From an uncultured Ruthenibacterium sp. (GTDB taxonomy: Bacteria; Bacillota; Clostridia; Oscillospirales; Ruminococcaceae): a DNA stretch of 64,000 nt. The position numbers and the translations under genes were made by a program. Location: the NCBI RefSeq assembly GCF_963558415.1, contig NZ_CAUWGY010000002.1, positions 5,318 through 69,317 on the forward strand, given 5' to 3'. This document shows, one piece after another, positions 17,588-25,398 of this stretch (positions are counted from its first letter, which is position 1; each line of letters begins with the position of its first letter). A model generated the notes under the pieces. That model was not told where the DNA came from. It ran no database searches and saw only the letters and a list, made by a program, of their open reading frames with translations.

Positions 17588-18571
17588 TTACAAACTGTAA
17601 ACACCGGTGCGGAAGGCATCCATATGCTCGCGAATCCAAGCGATTGTTTCGGCCAGACCCTCTTCAAAGGTGTAAGCCGGTTTCCAACCGGTCATCTGAC
17701 GCAGCTTGGTGGAATCGCCCAAAAGGCGGTTGACTTCGCTCTTCTCCGGACGCAGACGCTCAGATTCGCACACAATCTTTGCCTCGGGATTGATTTGGCG
17801 AATCAACTCATTGGCCAGATCTCCAATGGAAATTTCCTTACCTGTTGCAATGTTGATCTCCTGGCCAACAGCAGCCTCACAGTCGGCAATCGCCATAAAC
17901 CCTGCGGCCGTATCCTTCACATAGTTAAAGTCACGAGTGGGAGTCAGACTTCCCAACTTCAGCTCTTTCGCTCCGGACAAAAGCTGGGTAATGATGGTGG
18001 GAATGACCGCACGACCAGACTGACGAGGGCCATAGGTATTGAAGGGACGCACAATGGTGACCGGTAGTTCAAAAGAGCGGTAGAAGCTCTCGGCCAACCG
18101 GTCCGCACCAATCTTGGTGGCAGAGTACGGACTCTGTCCCTGGAAGGGATGATGCTCATCAATGGGCACGTACTGAGCGGTTCCATACACCTCACTGGTA
18201 GAAGTGACCAGCAAACGGCTTGTCCCCACGTCCCGAGCAGCATTCAGTACGTTCAATGTACCTTTGATGTTGGTATCTACATAGCTGTCCGGAGAATGAT
18301 AGCTGAAGGGAATGGCAATCAATGCCGCCAGATGATAGACGATCTCCTGCCCTTTCATTGCCGTGCGAACCCCGTTGGGATCGCGAATATCGCCCATAAA
18401 CACTTCGATCTCATTTTTGATTTCCGGTGCCAGCGTGTCCAGCCAACCCCAAGTGCCGAAGGAATTATAATAACAAAAGGCTTTTACCTTTTCGCCTTTA
18501 CGAACCAGTTCTTCCGTCAGATGGCTGCCGATGAATCCGTCGGCGCCCGTCACCATTACGGTATGTGCCAT
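17588..18571 (-). CDS. NAD-dependent nucleotide-sugar epimerase/4,6-dehydratase (SDR family, LegB/PglF-core-like)
   Basis: VMVTGADGFIGSHL (GxxGxxG) and SPYSATK (YxxxK). Start trimmed to MAHTV behind AAGGAGAGG. First gene of the minus-strand operon. Confidence 0.85.
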   Translation of the reverse strand: MAHTVMVTGADGFIGSHLTEELVRKGEKVKAFCYYNSFGTWGWLDTLAPEIKNEIEVFMGDIRDPNGVRTAMKGQEIVYHLAALIAIPFSYHSPDSYVDTNIKGTLNVLNAARDVGTSRLLVTSTSEVYGTAQYVPIDEHHPFQGQSPYSATKIGADRLAESFYRSFELPVTIVRPFNTYGPRQSGRAVIPTIITQLLSGAKELKLGSLTPTRDFNYVKDTAAGFMAIADCEAAVGQEINIATGKEISIGDLANELIRQINPEAKIVCESERLRPEKSEVNRLLGDSTKLRQMTGWKPAYTFEEGLAETIAWIREHMDAFRTGVYSL

Positions 18572-18619
18572 ACTACCTCTCCTTATCGTGCATGGTTCAA
18601 CATGCAATACTCGGTTATT

Positions 18620-18648
18620 AGTATACTATAAATGAGGCGGCAATTCAA
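18620..18648 (-). promoter_or_regulatory. Candidate sigma-A promoter of the minus-strand glycan operon
   Basis: Minus strand reads TTGAAT-17 nt-TATACT, about 45 nt upstream of the 18571 start. Confidence 0.45.
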
Positions 18649-18687
18649 TAAAAGTTCACCTGTCCACCCCAACTCAACGTCCTTTGC

Positions 18688-18716
18688 TTTACAAACAAGC
18701 TCTTTACATCTATAAT
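18688..18716 (+). promoter_or_regulatory. Candidate sigma-A promoter of the MBOAT arm
   Basis: TTTACA-17 nt-TATAAT, 46 nt upstream of ATG 18762. A small 5'-UTR hairpin follows (TTGGCC-ttgtgt-GGCCAA). Confidence 0.5.
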
Positions 18717-18761
18717 AATAAATTGGCCTTGTGTGGCCAAACCAGACAAAGGAGAGCTTTC

Positions 18762-20327
18762 ATGACCTTGACAAGCGTGGGCTACGCGCTGTTTTTCGCG
18801 TTGGTAGCCATTCTCTATTTTGCCCTGCCCAAACGGTTTCAAAACAGCGTTCTGCTGGTGGCCAGTGTAGTATTTTATTGCTTTAATTTGCCTGGCGCTC
18901 AGCAGGCGGACGGAACTGTACGTCCGCTTTGGATGCGCCTGTTGCCACTGGCAGTGCTTTTCTTCAACACAGTGTTTACCTTTTTCATGGCCCGCTCCAT
19001 CGCGGCGGCCGAAAACTCCCGCCGCAAACGGCTTTTGGCCCTAGGTGTGTGCGTAAGCGTGGCGGTACTTTGTTTCTTCAAATACTGCAATTTCTTTCTG
19101 CCTACGATTTTCGGATGGACGGCGGTTTCTTTCCCCTTGCCTCTTGGCATCAGCTTTTATACCTTTGCCATTATCAGCTATCTGGTGGACGTATATTATA
19201 AGGCCGCGGAGCCCGAAACCAACTTTCTCAACTGGGCCTTGTTCGTGTCCTTTTTTGCCACCATTACCTCCGGCCCCATCTGCCGGGCGCAAAAAGTGCT
19301 TCCTCAGTTGCGTGCCCCTCGCCGTTTTGACGCACAGCGCACCTGCGATGCTTTTCGGCTGATTCTGGCCGGACTGTTCAAACAAATCGCTGTGGCCAAT
19401 GTGCTGGGGCTGTTTGTGAATCAGGTGTTTGAAAACAGCGCGGATTACTCCGGTTTGATCTTGCCTTTGGCCGCCGGACTGTATGTGATTCAGCTCTACT
19501 TCGAATTCTCCGGTTATTCGGACATTGCGCGAGGCTGTGCTCTGCTGCTGGGAATCGATATTCCTGTAAACTTCAAAACACCTTTGTTCTCTACCAACTT
19601 TTCCACCCTGTGGAAACGCTGGCATATCAGCCTTTCCAGTTGGCTTCAAGACTACCTGTTCACGCCCATCGTATGGAGCCGCTGGGGCGATCACCTGCCT
19701 CGCGTTACCCAGAAAAACGGTAAAAAAGAGGCCAAGCCTTTTGTAGCCACTGTGGGAATCGTGTTCTTTATCAGTGGATTCTGGCACGGAAATACATGGC
19801 CCTTTGTCATTTGGGGTCTTTTACAGGGAATGTACCGTGTGGGTGAGGATTTGCTTCACAGTTGGTACCGAAAGCCTCCCAAGCATCCCTCGCTTCCTGT
19901 TCGCGCAGGTAAAACCGGAGTGGTATTTATTTTGTGGGCATTCAGTCATGTGTTCTTCCGCATTGGACTTGTCTCCGGCGGCACTGTGGGCGACTGTCTT
20001 GCCTATTTTGCCAACAGCTTCACGAATCTGTCCCTTTCGCATTTTGTGGAGAGCTTTGTCACGGCCGTGGAAAACGGTTTTTACACGCGCCCAATCATGG
20101 TGGCGGGCTGGTGCGCATACATGGTTATGGTTTTGGCGATTGGAATCTATGCAGACTGGCGGCAGTGCTTTAAAATGAAGGACGCGCACTGGTCTACTGG
20201 CCTTGCCAAACTTCCCACGGTGGCGCGCTGGCTGTGCTACTACGTGCTCATTGGATGTATTTTGGTGGGCTTCATTATGCAGAGCGGCGGATTTGGAACG
20301 GTCAGTTTTGCCTATGCAAACTTTTAA
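18762..20327 (+). CDS. MBOAT family O-acyltransferase (AlgI/DltB/PatA-like)
   Basis: About 11 TM helices and the conserved His region FISGFWHGNTWPFVIWG. Start trimmed to MTLTSVGYALFF behind GGAGAG. Confidence 0.85.
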   Translation: MTLTSVGYALFFALVAILYFALPKRFQNSVLLVASVVFYCFNLPGAQQADGTVRPLWMRLLPLAVLFFNTVFTFFMARSIAAAENSRRKRLLALGVCVSVAVLCFFKYCNFFLPTIFGWTAVSFPLPLGISFYTFAIISYLVDVYYKAAEPETNFLNWALFVSFFATITSGPICRAQKVLPQLRAPRRFDAQRTCDAFRLILAGLFKQIAVANVLGLFVNQVFENSADYSGLILPLAAGLYVIQLYFEFSGYSDIARGCALLLGIDIPVNFKTPLFSTNFSTLWKRWHISLSSWLQDYLFTPIVWSRWGDHLPRVTQKNGKKEAKPFVATVGIVFFISGFWHGNTWPFVIWGLLQGMYRVGEDLLHSWYRKPPKHPSLPVRAGKTGVVFILWAFSHVFFRIGLVSGGTVGDCLAYFANSFTNLSLSHFVESFVTAVENGFYTRPIMVAGWCAYMVMVLAIGIYADWRQCFKMKDAHWSTGLAKLPTVARWLCYYVLIGCILVGFIMQSGGFGTVSFAYANF

Positions 20328-20339
20328 GGAGGAGCGCCT

Positions 20340-21386
20340 GTGAAAAAAATCATTTTCAAACTGGCGCTGGCACTGGCGCCTATTGTCCTATACCTTGCAG
20401 TGTTTGTAGCTTTTGAACCCAACAATTATTTTGGCTTGCGGGAAACTGGCAGTGACAACAGCCCTATCTCTCGCATTCGTGCCTTTGAGAAGGAACCTCA
20501 CGAAAACATTCTTCTTGGAGATTCCCGCATGGCCCACTTTGACATGGATCTGGTGGACCAGGTCTCCGGCGTTCAATGGTCAAATTTGGCTTATGGCGGA
20601 GCCAGTCTTGAGGAGAGCATCGACGAATTTTATTACGTCTATGAACAGCATCCGGAGATTGAGCGTGTACTGATGAGCATTTCCTTCTACACTCTAAACG
20701 CCAACTACCGCACAGCAAACCGAATGGCAACAGTGGAAACACAACTGGCCAACCCGGTTGCGTATATCTCCAATCTTGAATACAACATCAACACTCTGAC
20801 TGTCATCGGAGATAAGATACGCGGTTTGCCCGACGCAGAAGAAACCGCGGAACATACCCCGGACGACTATTTGCCCAACGGACAGCGCAAGGATCTGGTG
20901 GCCTATGCGGCTATTCTGTATCAAAACTGCGCCAAAGCTGGCACTCTTCCCATGGCCGAGGGTTATTCCAGTACTCAGAGCATGGTGGATGCCATGGATT
21001 CGGGCGAATTGGACGGCGAAGCGCTGGCTGCGGCAATGGAAAGCTGTACCGAAGCGGATTCCAAATACGCCATTAACGAACCAGCACTTGAGCGACTTTT
21101 GGAACTGGTGGAATTTTGCAAAGACAACGGCGTAGAATTAACGCTATTGGTGCCGCCCATGGACGACAGTCTTTATCGCTATGTGTGTGAGCCCTTGGGC
21201 ATCGATGACGCTATGCGCGGCGCTTTGGACACCATTCGTTCCAGTGGTGCCCGCGTACTAGACTACGAATGGACCGAAATGCCCCACTGGGACGACACGG
21301 CCTATTTTGACGGATTCCATTTGGACACCCGTCACGGACTTCCCCAATTTACCCAAGAGTTGTTCACCCGGGTGATGGAAGATTGA
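20340..21386 (+). CDS. Membrane-anchored SGNH/DltD-like partner of the MBOAT
   Basis: GTG start behind GGAGGAG. One N-terminal TM helix, then ILLGDSRMAHF (GDS-type block I). Position immediately after the MBOAT gene mirrors DltB/DltD and AlgI/AlgJ pairs. Confidence 0.55.
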   Translation: MKKIIFKLALALAPIVLYLAVFVAFEPNNYFGLRETGSDNSPISRIRAFEKEPHENILLGDSRMAHFDMDLVDQVSGVQWSNLAYGGASLEESIDEFYYVYEQHPEIERVLMSISFYTLNANYRTANRMATVETQLANPVAYISNLEYNINTLTVIGDKIRGLPDAEETAEHTPDDYLPNGQRKDLVAYAAILYQNCAKAGTLPMAEGYSSTQSMVDAMDSGELDGEALAAAMESCTEADSKYAINEPALERLLELVEFCKDNGVELTLLVPPMDDSLYRYVCEPLGIDDAMRGALDTIRSSGARVLDYEWTEMPHWDDTAYFDGFHLDTRHGLPQFTQELFTRVMED

Positions 21387-21407
21387 TCTTTAAAAAGGAG
21401 TTTTTCC

Positions 21408-22736
21408 ATGTCTTTGGATTTTCTGATTTTGTATGAGCATGTGGTTCGAGAATACGAAAGCTTGCTTTTGCTGAAGCTGGAACTGGAGCGCCGGGGTTAT
21501 TCGGTGGCGATTCATCAGCTCTTGGACCGCAAAAAACTGAAGTATTTCACCTGGAAAAAGCCCAAGGTGCTGGTGTCCAGTTGCATGTATGATGACGAGG
21601 CCATCAACAGTCATGTGTACAACAACGTGGGCGTGTGCCGTAAGGTAGTAAATTTGCACTGGGAACAAATGCTGTCCGATACCCAAGAAGCGGCTCCCTG
21701 GTTTAATTTCAATGGAAATGCCAAAAAATGCGTGCAGACCTGCTGGGGAGAATTGACACGCCAGCGCCTGCTGGCCCACGACGTGCCCTCGCAGAACTGC
21801 CCGGTGACCGGGGCTGTGATGATGGATTTTCTGCGGCCGGAATTTGAGGGTTACTTCAAAAACAAAGAGCAGCTCTGCAAAGAGTTCGGCTTGGACCCTG
21901 ACAAGAAGCTGATGCTGTATATCTCCTCCTTCGGCTACGGCAGCATGAGCGAGCAGGAAGTGCAGGAGCTGAGCAAAATGGCTGGCGAAGATTTCACTCA
22001 ATTTGCTCGTACCAACCGAGAAAGCATGGCCGAGACCCTGCGCTGGTTTGACCTTTATCTTGCCGACCATCCGGAAGTGGAACTGGTGTACCGCAGACAT
22101 CCTTCCGAGTGGAACAGCCCTGCACTGGACGCTTTGCAGAAAAAACGCCCCAACTTTCACGTGATTTTTGCGGACAGTGTCAAGCAATGGATCGTGGCCG
22201 CAGATCAAATTTTCATTTGGATGAGCACCGCCATTGCAGAGGTGTATTTCGCGGGCAAAAGTTGCCATATTTTGCGGCCTCAGCCCATTGAGCACGAATA
22301 CGATCCTGTCATTTATAAAGGTGGTCGCTATGTGGAGACATACGAAGAATTCTGCCAAGCGGCAGGACAGGAAGATGCTCCTTTCCCCATCGACAAAGCC
22401 ATGATCGAAGGTTATTTTGACAAGAGTGAAACCCCTAGTTATATTCGAATGGCAAACCTTTTGGAAGATGTTTATAAAAACCCACCGCGGGACGATCCCT
22501 TTGCGCCGCCTTTCAAGCCGCATTTCAATCTTTTGAAGTTCTGTGCGCTGGTGGGCATTCATATGATGTATGCCGTGCATCTGAATCCGAAGGTATTCCG
22601 TCGTATCTGCCCGCCTTTTGCAGATTTTGCAGGGCGCATTTACGGTTATGTAGACAAGGCCCATATTTCTCGACAGGAAGTGGCTCGCATGGAAGCCAAA
22701 ATTCGCCCGTTTGTGGAAGGTTCACATAAAATGTGA
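21408..22736 (+). CDS. Surface-carbohydrate biosynthesis protein (GT-B-like, uncharacterised family)
   Basis: 442 aa, soluble. The start (MSLDFLILYEHVVREYESLLLLKLELERRGY) and its pairing with the next gene resemble the family usually found beside N-acetyl-sugar amidotransferases. RBS AAGGAG. Confidence 0.5.
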   Translation: MSLDFLILYEHVVREYESLLLLKLELERRGYSVAIHQLLDRKKLKYFTWKKPKVLVSSCMYDDEAINSHVYNNVGVCRKVVNLHWEQMLSDTQEAAPWFNFNGNAKKCVQTCWGELTRQRLLAHDVPSQNCPVTGAVMMDFLRPEFEGYFKNKEQLCKEFGLDPDKKLMLYISSFGYGSMSEQEVQELSKMAGEDFTQFARTNRESMAETLRWFDLYLADHPEVELVYRRHPSEWNSPALDALQKKRPNFHVIFADSVKQWIVAADQIFIWMSTAIAEVYFAGKSCHILRPQPIEHEYDPVIYKGGRYVETYEEFCQAAGQEDAPFPIDKAMIEGYFDKSETPSYIRMANLLEDVYKNPPRDDPFAPPFKPHFNLLKFCALVGIHMMYAVHLNPKVFRRICPPFADFAGRIYGYVDKAHISRQEVARMEAKIRPFVEGSHKM

Positions 22737-22826
22737 ATGCGGACTTGTTTTTCCGACCATAAGAAAGGTATAATAAAGCAGGAGTTGCCGATTGGGGCAG
22801 CTCACGGGAAAGCGAGGTTTTCAACA

Positions 22827-23942
22827 ATGAAGTATTGTAAACGATGCACCATGCCTGACACCCGTCCCGGCATCACCTTCGATGAAGAAGGCGTATGCAG
22901 CGCGTGCCGGCATTATGAACACCGCAAAGAAGTGGACTGGGACGCACGCTGGAAAGAATTTGAGGCTATGTGCGATAAGTATCGCGGCATGAACGGCCCT
23001 GGCGGCTACGACTGTGCCGTGGCAGTATCCGGCGGAAAGGATAGCCATTTCCAGGTGTATATCCTAAAAGAAGTAATGCACATGAACCCCATCCTGTTCA
23101 GTGTAGAAGACAATTTCCCCATGACAGAGGCAGGACAGCACAATCTGAAAAATATTTCCGAAGAATTTGGCTGCACCATCATCAGTTGCAAACCCAACAT
23201 CAAGGCACAGAAAAAACTGATGCGCGCTTTCTTTGAAAAATACGGCAAGCCCACTTGGTATGTAGACCGGCTTATTTACACGTTCCCGCTGCATATGGCT
23301 GCTAAGTTCAACACTCCGTTTTTGTGCTACGGTGAAAATGTAAGTTTTGAGTATGGCGGCAATGCGGACGAAGAGACTTACTCGGCCAAAGGGCAGATTG
23401 AAAACGGCGTAGCTGTGGGATTCCCCAAAGAAGAGCTGCTCAGCTACGGCGTGACCGAGAACGACCTGATTCTAACCGAGGCGCCCAGCGCCGAGGAACT
23501 GGCCAAGTTGGATCCGTTCTATATGAGTTATTTCTTGCCCTGGAACAGTTATAAAAACTATCAGATTGCCAAAGCTCACGGATTCCACGACTTGACCCAT
23601 GAGTGGAAGCGCACTCACCACGCTGAGGACTTTGACCAGGTGGATTCCCGCGCTTATCTGGTACACTCCTGGCTGAAATATCCGAAATTTGGCCACGCCA
23701 CTGCTACGGACTACACCGCCCGCTACATCCGTTATGGCATGATGACCCGGGACGAGGCCATCAAAATCGTAAAAGAGAGGGACGGAAACCTGGATCCTCT
23801 GTGTGTGCGGGATTTCTGTCAGTTCTGCGGCTACAGCGAAAGTGAATTCTGGGCCATTATGGACAAATTCTACAACCGGGATTTGTTCCGTAAGGATGAA
23901 TTCGACCGCTGGGTTCTGAAACATCCCATCTGGGAAGAATAA
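22827..23942 (+). CDS. N-acetyl sugar amidotransferase (PP-loop ATPase, PseA/WbpG-like)
   Basis: N-terminal zinc ribbon CKRCTMPDTRPGITFDEEGVCSACRHY and PP-loop AVAVSGGKDSHFQ. Start trimmed to MKYCKRC. Confidence 0.8.
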   Translation: MKYCKRCTMPDTRPGITFDEEGVCSACRHYEHRKEVDWDARWKEFEAMCDKYRGMNGPGGYDCAVAVSGGKDSHFQVYILKEVMHMNPILFSVEDNFPMTEAGQHNLKNISEEFGCTIISCKPNIKAQKKLMRAFFEKYGKPTWYVDRLIYTFPLHMAAKFNTPFLCYGENVSFEYGGNADEETYSAKGQIENGVAVGFPKEELLSYGVTENDLILTEAPSAEELAKLDPFYMSYFLPWNSYKNYQIAKAHGFHDLTHEWKRTHHAEDFDQVDSRAYLVHSWLKYPKFGHATATDYTARYIRYGMMTRDEAIKIVKERDGNLDPLCVRDFCQFCGYSESEFWAIMDKFYNRDLFRKDEFDRWVLKHPIWEE

Positions 23943-23946
23943 TTTC

Positions 23947-23979
23947 AAAAGCCATGGCATTCATCGCCATGGCTTTTTT
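23947..23979 (+). terminator. Rho-independent terminator
   Basis: AAAAGCCATGGC-attcatc-GCCATGGCTTTTTT immediately after the stop at 23942. Confidence 0.8.
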
Positions 23980-24031
23980 ATTGACAAATTTCGTGCCCCT
24001 TGTTATTGTAATGACGAAGGGGGATGAAAAA

Positions 24032-24379
24032 ATGATTCAAAGAAAAAGTATTGCACTCTGTATTGTTTTAACTCTGGTTACTTGCGGGTTGTACGGTATC
24101 TACTGGATCATTACGTTGGTCAATGATTTGAACACATTGACGGAGGATGCGCAAGCGGCATCTGGCGGCGTAGTATTTCTTCTGTCCCTAATCACCTGTG
24201 ACATCTATTGGCTCTACTGGGTTTATAAGGCCGGCGGAAAGGTAGACGTGATGCGCCAGCGCCGTGGAATTATCAGTTCCAACACCGGCATTTTGTATCT
24301 GATTCTCTCGTTTATCGGACTGGGAATCATTGCGCTTGCTCTGTTGCAAAACGAGATCAACGAATCTGTGCAACCGTGA
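24032..24379 (+). CDS. DUF4234-like small membrane protein
   Basis: CGLYGIYWIITLVNDLN and CDIYWLYWVYKAGGKVD are the duplicated Y/W-rich TM motif of DUF4234. Start at MIQRKS behind GGGGGA. Confidence 0.6.
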   Translation: MIQRKSIALCIVLTLVTCGLYGIYWIITLVNDLNTLTEDAQAASGGVVFLLSLITCDIYWLYWVYKAGGKVDVMRQRRGIISSNTGILYLILSFIGLGIIALALLQNEINESVQP

Positions 24380-24777
24380 ATGACCGGCAAATCATGCGCC
24401 GGCGGCGCGTTCTCTTTGGGTTCGTAGCAGTCTGTATCCTCTACGGTGGCTGGGTGCTGTACACCGGCAAAGGGATTCCTTGTATTTTTCACTCAATTAC
24501 GGGACTTTTTTGCCCTGGTTGCGGCATTACTCGCAGTCTGACGGCATTGGTATGTCTTGACTTAAAGACTGCATTGCATTCGAACGCTGCCGTTGTGCTT
24601 TTGCTGCCTTTTTGGGTGTGGCTTGTTTGGAAAATGGCGACCGGCTATTTGAGAGGAACTGGATTTTCGCTTTCTCGGGCACAAAACCGGCTGGTGTGGG
24701 GCGTTTTGCTCTTTGTGTTGGCATTTGGCATTGCGCGGAACATTCCCTGCCTATGGTTTCTTCGTCCAATTGAATAA
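24376..24777 (+). CDS. DUF2752-like membrane protein
   Basis: CPGCGITRS motif after the first TM helix. 4-nt overlap with the upstream gene. The start codon is uncertain (GTG 24376 or ATG 24394). Confidence 0.6.
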   Translation: MNDRQIMRRRRVLFGFVAVCILYGGWVLYTGKGIPCIFHSITGLFCPGCGITRSLTALVCLDLKTALHSNAAVVLLLPFWVWLVWKMATGYLRGTGFSLSRAQNRLVWGVLLFVLAFGIARNIPCLWFLRPIE

Positions 24778-24814
24778 AAATGCGGTCCGGCTGAAAACCG
24801 GACCGCATTTTTTT
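24776..24814. terminator. Bidirectional rho-independent terminator
   Basis: AAAAA-TGCGGTCCGG-ctgaaaa-CCGGACCGCA-TTTTTTT between convergent genes (24777 stop on + and 24813 stop on -). Confidence 0.85.
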
Positions 24815-25370
24815 ATTTGTCAGGATCCTCGCACCAAAGACGTACCCAACGAGTGTATCTTGCTGTTCCCAAAAGCTCCGTATAAATGGCTTTGAGCTTA
24901 TCGATCAGTCGTTCACCCTCCAATTCACGAGGCAAATGAAAGGCGATGATTCGATACTCCACTTCATACAGACAACACTTTACACAGGTCTGAACAAAGC
25001 GATTGCGTTCATAAAACGCAAGCCGACGCCGACGTATCTCGTCTTCCGGGCCTTTGTCTGGCGCTTCCACTTCTCCCAAAATGACCGCTTGGGCAAAAGG
25101 ACCGTCTAAAAGCTCTTTCAAAAAACGGCTTCCCCATCCACCGCCACGGCTTTGCGGAACCGTCATGAGATAGTCCATTAAATAAACTCCGCCTGCTCGG
25201 ATAAAAAACGCGCAGCATTGTACAGAACCGTCGTCTGTATAGCCGCCATAACACACATAGCGGCCCTGCCGTATCATGGCCAGAATATTTCTCCAGGGCC
25301 GTAGTTCGGCCGGCGGAAACGCCTCGGGGAAATTTTTGCGATACACTTCATACGCCTGTTCGGCCGTCAT
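24813..25370 (-). CDS. GNAT family acetyltransferase
   Basis: QSRGGGWGSRFLKELL acetyl-CoA-binding-like block. Start set at MTAEQAY (25370) to avoid a 95-nt overlap with the PBP gene. The RBS is weak. Confidence 0.55.
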   Translation of the reverse strand: MTAEQAYEVYRKNFPEAFPPAELRPWRNILAMIRQGRYVCYGGYTDDGSVQCCAFFIRAGGVYLMDYLMTVPQSRGGGWGSRFLKELLDGPFAQAVILGEVEAPDKGPEDEIRRRRLAFYERNRFVQTCVKCCLYEVEYRIIAFHLPRELEGERLIDKLKAIYTELLGTARYTRWVRLWCEDPDK

Positions 25371-25398
25371 CTCTCGAATTTGCAAATGCTCTCTCCTT

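Noticed and set aside
21390-22664. 424-aa ORF antisense to the 442-aa surface-carbohydrate gene
   Set aside because: It is fully nested antisense to a gene that has a good RBS, operon context and normal composition. The antisense product is His/Phe/Gln-rich with no RBS. Stop-free antisense frames are expected when the sense gene avoids TTA, CTA and TCA codons.
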